NCBI GenBank assembly: GCA_963709405.1
Contig: CAVPXM010000050.1
Coordinates: forward strand, 15,311 to 79,310
Reading direction: 5' to 3'
Source: an uncultured Nitrososphaerales archaeon
GTDB lineage: Archaea > Thermoproteota > Nitrososphaeria > Nitrososphaerales > Nitrososphaeraceae
DNA: 64,000 nucleotides
A program made the position numbers and the translations under genes. Positions 1 to 10,767 of this stretch are shown piece after piece (within the stretch, counting starts at the first letter, position 1; each line of letters opens with the position of its first letter). The notes under the pieces were generated by a model. The model ran no database searches, was not told the origin of the DNA, and saw only the letters and a program-made list of their open reading frames with translations.

Positions 1-46
1 AAACATCCCTGCCAACAACACCAACAACAACAACAGCTGTAGCTAA

Positions 47-265
47 TCATGCATATTAATTTCAACGATCGTTACCATGGTGATAACAGCAGCAGTAATG
101 GAGATTCTATAAGTAGTTAGTTTCTCTGCGCCAGTACTAGCACATCATTACTGCGACTTTCGCCATCACAGGGGTGAACATCATCTTAGGCATGGGCATG
201 GACATCTTGTATACGCTAGTCCTCTTAGTCATCACGAATCTGAGATCTACAATATATATCGGTAA
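47..265 (+). pseudogene. His-rich secreted peptide remnant (paralog of 29020-29229)
   Basis: Manual translation ...TIVTMVITAAVMEIL*VVSFSAPVLAHHYCDFRHHRGEHHLRHGHGH...; aligns with IVTIVMTVAAVEIVSASAPVQAHH of the 29.2-kb peptide; internal TAA. Confidence 0.5.
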
Positions 266-354
266 AACTACAATATCTGACCTGACCTCGGGTATGCAGA
301 TTATTCCGAGTATTTTACAGGACATTCCACTTCTACATATGAGCGTAAAAAGGA

Positions 355-744
355 CTAGAGAGAACCGAGAAATCCTTCAAATAAGCATATCCAAAGAGAG
401 AAAGAAACATTCTTTGTTGCACAACGTTTTATATCAAACCTTGTGAAAAGATATGGAGAACAACCATCCTGTTACAACAGATGGAGGTACATTGTATCCA
501 CCACAGGCATGTAAATTCTTAAAAATAAAGCACCATCTTCATCGTTCTGAATTTGAGAAAAGCATAATTAAGAGAGAGAACGATACAATAATGTGTCAAG
601 AATAGAACGAAAAGTTTCTATGATTATTTTCCTTGTACAAGAATTAACTGCAAACTGGAGCACATAATGAAGTGGTTGATTTTATTTGTAGATATGCACA
701 ACAGAGAGATCAATAAAACGAAAGATCGTTAAGTGAACAAAGCC
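355..744 (+). mobile_element. IS6-family transposase remnant with probable right end
   Basis: Broken frames give EILQISISKER..., TDGGTLYPPQACKFLKIKHHL, EKSII, DYFPC, KLEHIMKW, typical of thaumarchaeal IS6 DDE proteins; ends in gttaagtgaacaaagcc. Confidence 0.7.
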
Positions 745-967
745 TGCTTGAATATGATCATTGCTATATCTTACTTTGGAAATAATTATAGTCATGATTC
801 TTCACTCCTATCGTAGTGTCATCAAACCACTGAAATGATTGATTCACTTTAACAAAATTTTAACCATAGGTCAAGTCTGATTGGTCTTTCTGTAGTCGAA
901 TAAATGAAGATAGTGCTCTGGTTAATATTTTTAATAAATATAAAAGTTTGCTGCATTTGTTTTCTGT

Positions 968-2011
968 CTAGTTAAGTACTCTCTGAGGTAATACAAATGT
1001 ATCAGAGATGGGGTTTGATAATATTCTATCGTCCTTGCCAACTATTGATATTTGTATAGAGTATGGTGAATTTTGTACTAGTACTGGTCCACGTATATGA
1101 AATGTTCCTGTACTATAGACTGCTTCTTGACCAATGAAATCAGGCCCCCATGTAGTAAACGGATGTACTGTTGCATTGTCTGTGTAAGGCAATGAGGCTA
1201 CGGTTTGTGAGGAAGAGGAGGAGGATGACGATGATGATAACTTGTGTACAGGAACAAGCTCTAAATCGAGTATACCATCACTATCATCGTAGCTGTGGCT
1301 ATATATAGGCTTACCAGTTGAATTCAAGAGTTTGACGTTATAAGTGATAGCAACTGTGGGAGGATAGCTGACCGTCTTGGGTACAAACGAAAATACAATA
1401 CTTTGTGCTTTATTGGGATTGAACGGCATACTGTTGATTCCACCTATATGCATGTTAAAGTTCTTACCGGTTTCAATAGCAGAACCTACACTAATTAATC
1501 CACGTGCAGAAGGATTGAATTGGTCAAAGTATACATATTTTCCAGGATGATTAAATGTATGTATGAAAGATCCTCCATCTTGAACTATAGGTCCTGAATC
1601 AATTGTCTCTGGAGGAGAGTATGTATTATTTGTTAATGTAGTGACACTATGTTCACCATTGTCATTGTTGAACCAAATGACTGTCATTCCAACTGGTATT
1701 GAAATCTCTGGAGGAACGAATGCGGCTTTTCCAGTTGAAGTAAACGGAATACTGATTTCATATGACGGTTGATCTCTTATTGTATAAAATATAGGTGGAG
1801 GAAAATTAGTACCAGCAAGAGTCTGAGCTTGTACCACTCCAATATACGACGTAAGAGGAGAGGAGGACATTATTGTGGCAATGGATATAAAAAGACCCAT
1901 TATTGTAGCAGTTGATTTTACTTTTTGTGTATTTCTTCTTGCAAATATGTTTCTTAGTCGTAGAAATGCTGTGCTATTATTGCTATCTTTTGTTACTCCC
2001 TTTAAGGCCAT
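968..2011 (-). CDS. Secreted/membrane-anchored cupredoxin (plastocyanin-like) domain protein with degenerate Cu site
   Basis: Hydrophobic N-terminal segment; GMTVIWFNNDNGEHSVT and FIHTFNHPGKYVYFDQFNPSARG match the cupredoxin pattern. Confidence 0.75.
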   Translation of the reverse strand: MALKGVTKDSNNSTAFLRLRNIFARRNTQKVKSTATIMGLFISIATIMSSSPLTSYIGVVQAQTLAGTNFPPPIFYTIRDQPSYEISIPFTSTGKAAFVPPEISIPVGMTVIWFNNDNGEHSVTTLTNNTYSPPETIDSGPIVQDGGSFIHTFNHPGKYVYFDQFNPSARGLISVGSAIETGKNFNMHIGGINSMPFNPNKAQSIVFSFVPKTVSYPPTVAITYNVKLLNSTGKPIYSHSYDDSDGILDLELVPVHKLSSSSSSSSSSQTVASLPYTDNATVHPFTTWGPDFIGQEAVYSTGTFHIRGPVLVQNSPYSIQISIVGKDDRILSNPISDTFVLPQRVLN

Positions 2012-2299
2012 ATATATTTAAATTGGTTATATCTTTTTATAAAGGATTATTGAACTATGTCAATTGACTGTGTTATCCCATTTGGTATATGTTCGTCGAA
2101 TGTACTATAAATAATATTTGATGCTCGACACTTCCAATATGCGAGGTGAAATAATAGTAATAGTAATAAAATACATGTCCAACTTGCTTCAATCAATCCA
2201 AGTATCTTTGGACTGAAATTCTATATATTGTGGTTGTGATGGAGGTTTTAGTTGGATATGTTATAGAAAGGAAGCTAGCTGAAAGTATTACATTGCAGA

Positions 2300-2367
2300 A
2301 TATTGATAAGAGATTTAGTTATGTTTTAGAAGTTAGAGACAGCTCGTTGTTTCAAGACCTAGCGTAC
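2300..2367 (+). pseudogene. Short DUF72 fragment
   Basis: IDKRFSYVLEVRDSSLFQDLAY versus LDKRFRYAVEVRDSSWFQDLAY in the DUF72 gene at about 9.6 kb. Confidence 0.7.
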
Positions 2368-2391
2368 AGGTACGGTAGTCATATGCTATTA

Positions 2392-2712
2392 CTAGATCAC
2401 ATCCATTTTGTGAATGTGTGTGGAGTCAAACTTACTTTTGTTAGAAAATGATTTACCGGTATTAAATGCAAAGTAGCAGGAATGACACATCTCTTTTCCG
2501 TATATCACGCCATTCTTACCACACTTGCTGCATACACTTTCATAATCAATCGTTGAATCCAAGGATTTAGCTTTCTGGAGACATTTACCACATATGGGTG
2601 CCTCTAGGTTATAGCTAGAAAGAAAACCAGATCCACATTGAAAGCACTTCAAGCTATACATATTCCCTCTTGGTTTCCATCGTCTAAACACGTTAATCAT
2701 CTTACTACCCAA
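2392..2712 (-). CDS. Cys-rich zinc-finger protein
   Basis: Four CxxC pairs (CFQC, CGKC, CSKC, CHSC). Confidence 0.55.
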   Translation of the reverse strand: MGSKMINVFRRWKPRGNMYSLKCFQCGSGFLSSYNLEAPICGKCLQKAKSLDSTIDYESVCSKCGKNGVIYGKEMCHSCYFAFNTGKSFSNKSKFDSTHIHKMDVI

Positions 2713-3043
2713 CCCTTCTCATCTTTGAGCCACATTTAGGACATGCAGACTGTTTGTGCTCAGTTCCGCAGCTCATACAACAGTATTTCAATGAATCATC
2801 TCCAAACATGGGTGACGCAGAGGACAATGATCCAAATATTCTAGCTGCTCCGCCCCCAATTCCCATTCTATGTATCATCCTTTTTCTCATATAAAGATTG
2901 AGCAAAACGAATACCACTATTATTGTTACCAACGATATAGGAAATGGTATAAACATAGAAATCGTAATACTTATACCTAATGATATTCCTAACCACATAA
3001 GTTGATTAAAGAGAAATTGTTTGTCATTGTTATTAATATTCAT
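2705..3043 (-). CDS. Two-TM membrane protein with C-terminal zinc ribbon
   Basis: Two hydrophobic helices, then CMSC...CPKC. Confidence 0.75.
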   Translation of the reverse strand: MNINNNDKQFLFNQLMWLGISLGISITISMFIPFPISLVTIIVVFVLLNLYMRKRMIHRMGIGGGAARIFGSLSSASPMFGDDSLKYCCMSCGTEHKQSACPKCGSKMRRVG

Positions 3044-4669
3044 ACTTTATTTACCTTTATCACATTATCTTGTTATTAGGCGTATAAATATAAAGAACTT
3101 GAGTAACTTAGTTACGTCCCAAAGTTATCTTTAGATCCGATAAATATATCTGAAGTATATTGTGGAAGTATTATAAAAGGAAACTGGATAATGGTTTGAG
3201 GTGCTTTGTTGCACGAATCCGATATTAGTCAACTAACTTTGAAACATTCAGCTAAAAAGGAGTAATCCGCATTTGGCCTATTCCTGAGAAGTACTAAAAG
3301 CATTGCAAGATGACGATCTTTCTGAATTATGCAACAAAGCAGTTTGAGGTATAAATTATTATGCAGAAGACTTGCAAAAGGTATCACATTGTCGAATATA
3401 ATTGCCAATGTTCCACATTGTAGTCACAAGGCTTAATTGGTATAGATTGATTGAAGGAATTGGTACAGAATAAGCTTAATCTGAGAGAATGTATAACAAT
3501 TTATTGACATTCTGATATTGCTTGTGATATTATATACATTAAGACGGCATTTTATGCTATACCTGTACATAAATCCGAATATACTCACGAATGCTTTGAC
3601 CGTTACCTAATCCTGCTAGAAGATACACTAACCAATCAGAAATGGCACCAAGTTTTTACAGCTATGCATTTACGTGAATATATAAAGATGGTTATGATGT
3701 TTGTTCAGGTAATTCAAACGCTCGCTCAAATGGTGGTGGTATCTTCTTTTAGTAGACATAAAGACCAATTTGGTATTTCGACGAAGTTTGACTCTCGTTA
3801 GGTCTTGTGAGAGCAGTGCGCTGTCTGCTTTCATAGATAAATCCATTTTCACTCAAGATGATGGGACTGGATCCCTTACGGCAGTCTTGTTCATATTATG
3901 TTGACCATACTATGCCTAGATAAGACATACATACATGCTGGCCGTTGGGGTTCAGCCTCCTATCTAGACACTTGTGGAGTTGGAGTCGAGCGGCTTTTTT
4001 ATAAATTGCAGATTAGCCTTAGAACCGCATTTCTTAGGTTCGCGAGTTTGCACTGGTTTTATTTTAGTAATCTACATAAAAATCAGTTTATTCTTTTAAG
4101 TTAAGATTTGAAGTGGCCGCTGGAGCATGCGACCAAGTACCACCACCACGTAGAAACCTTGATCACAATGTACCAACGGCCAAAATACTATTGCGATAAA
4201 CATGTTATTTATCTAGATTTAACTATGTTATCTAATGTATGATAGCAAAACTGTTTATGTAATATTGACTGTCAATCATGCGGTCGATCGTTAAATCTAA
4301 TTCAGTCGATATGTCATAGGTAGGTAGGAATAATCCCCTAAGACGACTGAATTCTACAACGGTCTCCTACATGATTTAGATAAGTAATTGTTATAATAAA
4401 GCATCTTGATCGGTTTAAATTGTTACATTGAAAAACGGTTAAGGTTAAGATTTGCAAATTTGTGCTTTTACGGTTTCTACTAGTTCTGGGGACATGATCT
4501 TTTGACCAGATCCCTCCTTAAATGTATTCGAAAGACTTATGGTATTATTGCTTCTGTAAAAGGGTTAAGTTTCATCGCCTGCCTGGTGGAATTCATTCGC
4601 ACATGGAGAGAGTGATGATGCTGAAATTGATGGTAGGATGAGGTTGAATGAGGCCTGAGTGATTTTTGA

Positions 4670-4920
4670 TAATTCGTTTCTTATCTTGGTAGATGTTTCT
4701 TCCGACACTTCTGCAGGTTTACCACTTCTATGCTTATTCTTTAGTCCTTCCAAACTAGCATTATCAGATCTCTTGAGCTATTTGTAAGCCCACCATCTAG
4801 ATCTATAGATTTCCTTTTCAGCTACACTCGATGCCTCTTTCTTATCTTCTCTAACAAGCCTTACTAGTAGAATTCTTTCCCTTATGTCAAGTCTTTTTCA
4901 TTTCTATAGACTTTGCTCAA
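4670..4920 (-). mobile_element. IS630-family transposase N-terminal (HTH) remnant
   Basis: RERILLVRLVREDKKEASSVAEKEIYRSRWWAYK*LKR...EGLKNKHRSGKP; internal stop. Confidence 0.65.
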
Positions 4921-4949
4921 AGCTTCAGTCGCCAACAGATTAGGTACAC

Positions 4950-5234
4950 AATGCCCTCAAGCGTGGTTCTTATATGGCTAAGTCTTGGATTGATTTCTCT
5001 TTTCATTACTATGATATTTTCTGATATTGTCAATGTATTTTCTTTTGATAATCTGGTTCTGTCTTTTAGGGGACCCTCACAAAACTTTCTTGTAAAACCC
5101 TCAGTTGCTAAGTTAATTTTTCTTTCGACTATTTCAATTTCTAGTACTGATGTTTTTGCCCTTGTTGTTCCTGGTGTTACCGACTTTAGGTTCACATCTA
5201 TTGTCTTTGGATTTGGAAGGCTCCTATAGACATC
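4950..5234 (-). pseudogene. N-terminal fragment of a thaumarchaeal tyrosine recombinase/integrase
   Basis: ERKINLATEGFTRKFCE..LKDRTRLSKENTLTISENIIVMKREINPRLS resembles the N-terminus of Nitrososphaera-type integrases (recalled); truncated next to the IS630 remnant. Confidence 0.55.
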
Positions 5235-5284
5235 ATTCTGTAATCTCGATATGCTAATAATACTTTCTATGAGACAGTATTACC

Positions 5285-5884
5285 TTAACATATTATTTTC
5301 CGAAAAGTTAAATTTATTCTCGGCGTTACAATTTTTTTTACCTTCGGTAAGCTGTGTAACCAATGCATTTGAGTTTCATCTTTCATTACAAGCAAACTTC
5401 CATGTTCAAGCACAATCGAAATCGTTTGTTTAGTCTTCTTATGCTTAAGTGAAAATTTTCTCTCTGCTCCAAAACTCAAAGAAGCAATAGTAGCATTCCT
5501 TTCTAATGCTTTTTCATCATCGCTATGCCAGGCCATACCTTCGTTACCATCATGATATAAGTTTAGTAGACAAGAATTGAATTTTGTTCCTGTTATCTTT
5601 TCAACCAATTGTTTAAGGCCTCTAAGTTCGTTAGTCCATGGTAACGCTTGCTTTGTTGTGTTTGAATATGTATACAGATAATCTGAGTCGCCATACCATG
5701 CGGCTTTTCTTTTGGTAATGATGTGCTTTCCTAGAATTACTGCTTCATCGTTTTTCCATACTATATTTTGTAGTAATATGTCAAAATATAGATCAGATTC
5801 TTTATGTGCTATTATCTTTCCATAGTAGTCTGCTCTACCATCTTTATTTAAGACATGAATTATTTTATCATTAAATAGATTCAT
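5285..5884 (-). CDS. alkB: AlkB-family 2-oxoglutarate/Fe(II) dioxygenase
   Basis: RKAAWYGD, FNSCLLNLYHDGNEGMAWHSDDE (HxD), HSLPK, RINLTFR. Confidence 0.92.
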   Translation of the reverse strand: MNLFNDKIIHVLNKDGRADYYGKIIAHKESDLYFDILLQNIVWKNDEAVILGKHIITKRKAAWYGDSDYLYTYSNTTKQALPWTNELRGLKQLVEKITGTKFNSCLLNLYHDGNEGMAWHSDDEKALERNATIASLSFGAERKFSLKHKKTKQTISIVLEHGSLLVMKDETQMHWLHSLPKVKKIVTPRINLTFRKIIC

Positions 5885-6120
5885 CTATTTTTCATTCATT
5901 TCCTATATTCTTTACGTATGCTGACCACAAGGTCAATAACCACGATATAGAGCTTCATATTCTGATTGGAAGAATACACCTTCTTTTTTCATCCTTTTTC
6001 CTGAGCTGCACTTTAGTTTACCATAAATCTTAAGATTCAAGCTTTCACCGAGGCAAATCCCCAGCTTATTCTTATCATTTCCTTAACTTTTATACTGCTA
6101 ACCTCTTCATGTTTTAACAT
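5885..6120 (-). pseudogene. Ada metal-binding domain protein remnant
   Basis: LKIYGKLKCSSGKRMKKEGVFFQSEYEALYRGY*PCGQH; frameshift and stop. Confidence 0.75.
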
Positions 6121-6127
6121 TATGTGG

Positions 6128-6853
6128 TTAATTGGCGTAGTCTAAGGCGTCATGAAAAATAATTCCAAGGGTGTATCTTTTTCCATCATGTACTTCGCTA
6201 ACTCCATGTCTCATTTGAGCTTGATAGTATCCTCTGGACCCCTTTATTGGTCTGAAATTTGTAGTAATTATTAGCATGTCTCCCTTACGAGGTCTTAAGA
6301 CAATAACTTTTGATTGTGCTCTTGGAATTTGTTGTGTTAATACAAATTCTCCACCGATATATTCCTCCTCAGGCTCATTTAAGAATATAACTAGTTGAAG
6401 TGGAAAAAAAATCTCTCCATACAAATCCTGATGTAGTGTATTATATCCTCCTTTACCATATTTTAAAATAAGAACTGTAGGTTTAGTTTGATTATTATCA
6501 TAACAAAGTCTTTGAAGTTCTTCAAATTCCTCTGGAAAGTGCCTTTTAAGATTTAATGCCTCCATCCAAGAATTTGCAATAGGCACGATTTTTGGATAAA
6601 CTGTTGTTCTAATTGTCTGAATTAGATCTGGCAAAGGGTATTTGAAATACTTGTATTCGCCGAGTCCAAACCGATATCTTTCCATAGTAATAATCTTACG
6701 GTAAAAATCTGGTTCGTCATATTCATCGATAAGTTCTTTACACGTATAAGCAGACAAGAATTTGGATATTAGAGAATATCCCTTTTCGTTCAATTCTTCC
6801 CTTACTTTTTGCCAATCTACATCGGAAATCCTTTCATCTATATTTTTATTCAT
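6128..6853 (-). CDS. 2OG-Fe(II) oxygenase (DUF2086 / prolyl-4-hydroxylase-like, DNA-repair associated)
   Basis: MERYRFGLGEYKYF, YNTLHQDLYGE, GGEFVL, MRHGVS, RYTLGIIFHDA. Confidence 0.9.
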   Translation of the reverse strand: MNKNIDERISDVDWQKVREELNEKGYSLISKFLSAYTCKELIDEYDEPDFYRKIITMERYRFGLGEYKYFKYPLPDLIQTIRTTVYPKIVPIANSWMEALNLKRHFPEEFEELQRLCYDNNQTKPTVLILKYGKGGYNTLHQDLYGEIFFPLQLVIFLNEPEEEYIGGEFVLTQQIPRAQSKVIVLRPRKGDMLIITTNFRPIKGSRGYYQAQMRHGVSEVHDGKRYTLGIIFHDALDYAN

Positions 6854-6866
6854 ATTAATTAGTCTT

Positions 6867-7262
6867 TCACATATTTGTCGTACCGTTAGGATAGAATCTT
6901 ACATTTTTAAAGTCCATAATGGTTGTTCCATTGCTAAAGGTTATGCCTTCTTTTTCGAGTAATTCTCTTTTTCTATTTATCCCATACTTGTAACCGCCTA
7001 ATCTTCCATCAGATTTTACAACACGATGACATGGTACTTTGATTGGATTAGGATTTCTGCCCAATATTCGTCCTATCAGCCTTGAGGCAGAAGGATTTCC
7101 AAGTGCTTTTGCAAGATCTCCGTATGAGGAAGTCTTTCCTTCAGGTATTTGTAATAGTAAGTCATAAACATCTTCATCTTTTATTGCCTTGTTAATAGGA
7201 TTCTTGTTATCATAATTCGTCCTTCCATTTTTCTGGTATTTATTCATATTATGTGATAGCAT
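6867..7262 (-). CDS. ogt: Methylated-DNA--protein-cysteine methyltransferase (MGMT family)
   Basis: IPEGKTSSYGDLA, NPNPIKVPCHRVV active-site motif, LLEKEG. Confidence 0.9.
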   Translation of the reverse strand: MLSHNMNKYQKNGRTNYDNKNPINKAIKDEDVYDLLLQIPEGKTSSYGDLAKALGNPSASRLIGRILGRNPNPIKVPCHRVVKSDGRLGGYKYGINRKRELLEKEGITFSNGTTIMDFKNVRFYPNGTTNM

Positions 7263-7470
7263 GCTTCAATATTTAAAGATAGGCTGAAAACAGAAGGACA
7301 AGCTCAGATCCGAACACACAATGAAAAAGATATCGCTGAGTAATGTTCACAAGCTATTCCTTAACTAAATTTCATAATTAGATCACGTGGCAATCTCAAT
7401 TTAATTTAATTATTGCTGCCCTAAAACTGTGATATAGATATTTTGCATGGGAACCAGCATTCTGCTATTA

Positions 7471-7858
7471 TTATATATGATCTCTACGTTCGTGTGATGC
7501 TCCTCTACCTGTTAACGAATCACTATAGGCGCCTGAAACCTCAATCACAAAGTCAAAGTCATTTAATCTTTTGAGAATGTCGCACGTTAATCTCATATTA
7601 GTTACATAGTGAGTACCATTGTCGTAAATTGCTGGAACAAACCCAGATGTTTTCCATATGTGATTTCTACACCATTCCGAATCGGTACCTTTCTTGGTAA
7701 ATACTTCGACCATGTAAAAAGGTGCACGTTCAGTCTTTTTCTTGTTCGCGTATCAGTATGTCATGAAGGAGTGCAGGATCTATTTTTGGAAGGTATGTAT
7801 GATACAGCGTCTCTAGCCCCTGGAAGACATCCTAATTTCCTGCAGTTCTGTAGTCATT
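7471..7858 (-). pseudogene. Conserved thaumarchaeal hypothetical protein, frameshifted near the 5' end
   Basis: Joined frames read MTTELQEIR..QGLETLYHTYLPKIDPALLHDILIREQEK...PFYMVEVFTKKG. Confidence 0.55.
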
Positions 7859-7863
7859 ATCAT

Positions 7864-8061
7864 TTAATACTTTGCGCCCTCTTTCCCATTATGACGACTT
7901 GGACTTGTTTGAGGTAGCATCAAGACTGTTTTAATTTCTTTGAACATGCAAGGTCTTATTTTTGTGTCCTTGATTCTGCAGGCGGTAAAGTGCCATGCCA
8001 ATTCCAGCGAAATATAAGTAACAACAAATCCGATAACTACATACAGGATGTTTTCTATCAT
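7864..8061 (-). CDS. Small membrane protein
   Basis: N-terminal TM helix; lies directly upstream of the previous gene on the same strand. Confidence 0.5.
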   Translation of the reverse strand: MIENILYVVIGFVVTYISLELAWHFTACRIKDTKIRPCMFKEIKTVLMLPQTSPSRHNGKEGAKY

Positions 8062-8091
8062 TGTTACTTATAGATCATAAGAGTAGTCAGA

Positions 8092-8592
8092 ATGAGCCGA
8101 TTAAAGGAAATATGTCAGACTACTTCCAAAATTGCGGTAATAGACATAGAAAGGGAAAACAGATTATCAAAGGTTATTTCATTGTACAGTAAGGGTCTAA
8201 ATCAGGAAGAAATAGCCCAAGAACTACATGTAGATCAATCTACAGTAAGTAGAGATCTACAATATATCAAACATGAAGCAAAAATCAAAATAGAAAAGTA
8301 TCTGAGAGACGACATCTTGTTTGAGTATGTAAGATACATGGCAGGTTCTAATGAAATAACTAGGCATTTGTGGGAAATTGTTCAAGACAATGATACCACT
8401 ACTAAAGAGAAAACTAATGCTCTATCATGCTTAATGCAATCATACAATAGTCGTCTTCAAAACAGTTACTTGCGGTCCAGAATCATATATGAATATCAAG
8501 AAAAGTCTATCAGAAATTGATCTGCAGAGACTGGTAAAGAGTAGTCCTGTTTTGCAAGCACAAGTTAATCAAAGAAAATTATTAAATAGATG
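8092..8592 (+). CDS. Helix-turn-helix protein (one frameshift near 8460)
   Basis: GLNQEEIAQELHVDQSTVSRDL; removing one A extends the frame to about 8592. Confidence 0.75.
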
Positions 8593-9297
8593 ATCTGCAT
8601 TCGCCAAACTTAACAAATCTGTCTATAATTGATTCTAGACACTTTACTTTTTTTAATGAAAACTACTAAACATGTCAAAGTGTTGAAATATCTTTCTTTC
8701 GTTGTTATATTTCTGGAGCCGGTTGCATACCAGATCTTCCATAACCTTGTCACTGATTCGTCCATATATTCCTTATTTATGTCGAACTCAACAGATATTC
8801 TCTTAAACGCTCTAGACTTGCAGTTCAGTCTGTGTCATATATTTTAAAAGGCTGAGAGATAACCCTTGATAGAATCGAAGGCTGTATTACAGTTTTCGGT
8901 ATACGGATAACAATTCAGGAATAAAATTTTGCGGTTCCCTTGCCTAACTACAACATCATTACTGATTGCAGGTGGATTCAATCAACTATGCAATAGAGCA
9001 TTACAAACTGGCCCGGTAACTAATTTCAGATCGGACTACATGATTTGAGACACATGGCGGTTTTTGAAGACGATATTATCCTTGACGTAGCTTCCAAAGA
9101 GATAGAAAGTCTTGGTCATGAATTAGTTAAGGCTGTCGGAATAGAGGGTAAATCGTATCCTTAGCCACGTGGAGAATCAGATATAATGGGATTTTCAATA
9201 TCCTGATAAACTGCAAATATTAAATCAGTAGATCTCTTGCGTAATTAGAAGATTACAGGCTATATTCGACGTCATATAGGATATTTATGTGATATCT

Positions 9298-9322
9298 CAG
9301 GACCAAAACCAGCATAATGATT
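9298..9322 (+). repeat. 25-bp direct repeat, copy 1 (caggaccaaaaccagcataatgatt)
   Basis: 24/25 identical to 11764-11788. Confidence 0.85.
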
Positions 9323-10020
9323 GTTTGCTCCTACTATTGCCAGATTAATTTTCTCTTGTTCTTCATCTCTGGCTCTTTTCAGAAATCTAGCCCATTTTTT
9401 CATCTCTGAAACCCTATCTTTTTGTATCTTGCCAAAATCTTTTCCTTGTATGGTCCTATCTCCAATGAATCTAATATACAGAAAATCTGATGTAACTATT
9501 GGAGGAGTTCTTATTCCAGCAAGTTGACTCTAGACCATGCACATATTGTTATTTGCAAAAAAACTATATGCCAAGTCTTGAAACCAAGAACTGTCTCTAA
9601 CTTCTACAGCATACCTGAATCTTTTATCTAATTCAGGTATGATATCTCTTAAACGATTCATGCCTTCAACTATACCCATCGATGGTGGTAGCTGTATTAA
9701 TAATGCTAAGATTTTATCTTCAAGATAGACAATAGAAGAAAAGAATAATTCTAGTTCTTTTTCAACATTTTTTAATCTTTTATCATGAGTTATAACTTTT
9801 GGAAATTTAGCAGCAAATCTAAAATGGTCTGGAATCTTTTTACACCAGTTCTTTACCATAAATTCGTTAGGAATTCTGTAGAAAGAAGAATCGATTTCGA
9901 CAAAATCAAATACTTGAGCACAGTAATTTAGTCAACGGGAATTATCTAGATTGTGAGGATAAAATGGTCCTTGCCAAGCTGAATAACTCCATCCAGAGCA
10001 GCCAATGTGGTATTGCAAGT
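9298..10020 (-). pseudogene. DUF72-family protein, 5' part (two Trp-to-stop changes; truncated after NHYAGFGP)
   Basis: IGCSGWSY, VEIDSSFY, KFPKVITH, LIQLPPS, AVEVR, YIRFIG, NNHYAGFGP. Confidence 0.9.
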
Positions 10021-10276
10021 ATGATGATGTATAGTAAAAGGTGATGGTTTTGAATAAAGATTGTGAAGCCTAGCTAGTTGTTAATCGATACACTCTTTGT
10101 ATATTTTGTTGTTCACAAATAAAAAAGAGAGTGCTATGCCATCAAAAGGGATATTTGGTATCGGAATAAGCATATTCTTTTTAGGACTGGTTCTATGGAG
10201 AGGATGGAATGTAATCAGCCTCCCCCTCTCTGATAAGTATTACATTTTATAATAATCACGATATCGAAATCTGGTT

Positions 10277-10516
10277 ATGAGGAAGAAGAACCCATTACTG
10301 CAAGTTCAATCTGATCCATTAGACGTGCAGGAAGCAAGAGAGACCAAACCAAATGCTGAACTAAAAGAGATAGACCACGAAATAGAATGTCCTCGCTGCC
10401 ATGACGTAATGATATTATCATCTGAATTTGATAGGCTAGGCTACTCGTGCGAAAAGTGTAGTTTCTTATTATATTTGACTTTAAAATGGGTAGAACAATT
10501 CCGTCGTTTAGATTAG
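10277..10516 (+). CDS. Small zinc-ribbon protein
   Basis: CPRC...CEKC. Confidence 0.65.
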   Translation: MRKKNPLLQVQSDPLDVQEARETKPNAELKEIDHEIECPRCHDVMILSSEFDRLGYSCEKCSFLLYLTLKWVEQFRRLD

Positions 10517-10767
10517 CAACATCAGATGAAAAGGAAGAATGGAAGGAATTTCGCAACTGTCTTGGCAGATCTGACAGGAAATTATTTGATAGAATGTTTT
10601 CTATTAGTCATTTGTATAATTCAGCGTGTTCTTATGCTGCCAGTCCTGTAAGAATACAGCCAATCTTCCTGTCTATTATATTCGATCATTATAAGACATT
10701 AAAAAAGTTGGATGAACAAGAAAAGTCAAGACAATTGAAACTAGATGAGATTAAGCCCACTAACTAA
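10486..10767 (+). CDS. Small conserved archaeal protein of the MGRTIPSFR type, usually found near PolB2 cassettes
   Basis: N-terminus MGRTIPSFR...EWKEFR..L...DRKLFD.MF; family assignment recalled, not searched. Confidence 0.65.
   Translation: MGRTIPSFRLATSDEKEEWKEFRNCLGRSDRKLFDRMFSISHLYNSACSYAASPVRIQPIFLSIIFDHYKTLKKLDEQEKSRQLKLDEIKPTN

Noticed and set aside
3850-4180. Moderately GC-rich non-coding stretch as ncRNA or tRNA
   Set aside because: No cloverleaf or recognisable RNA motif
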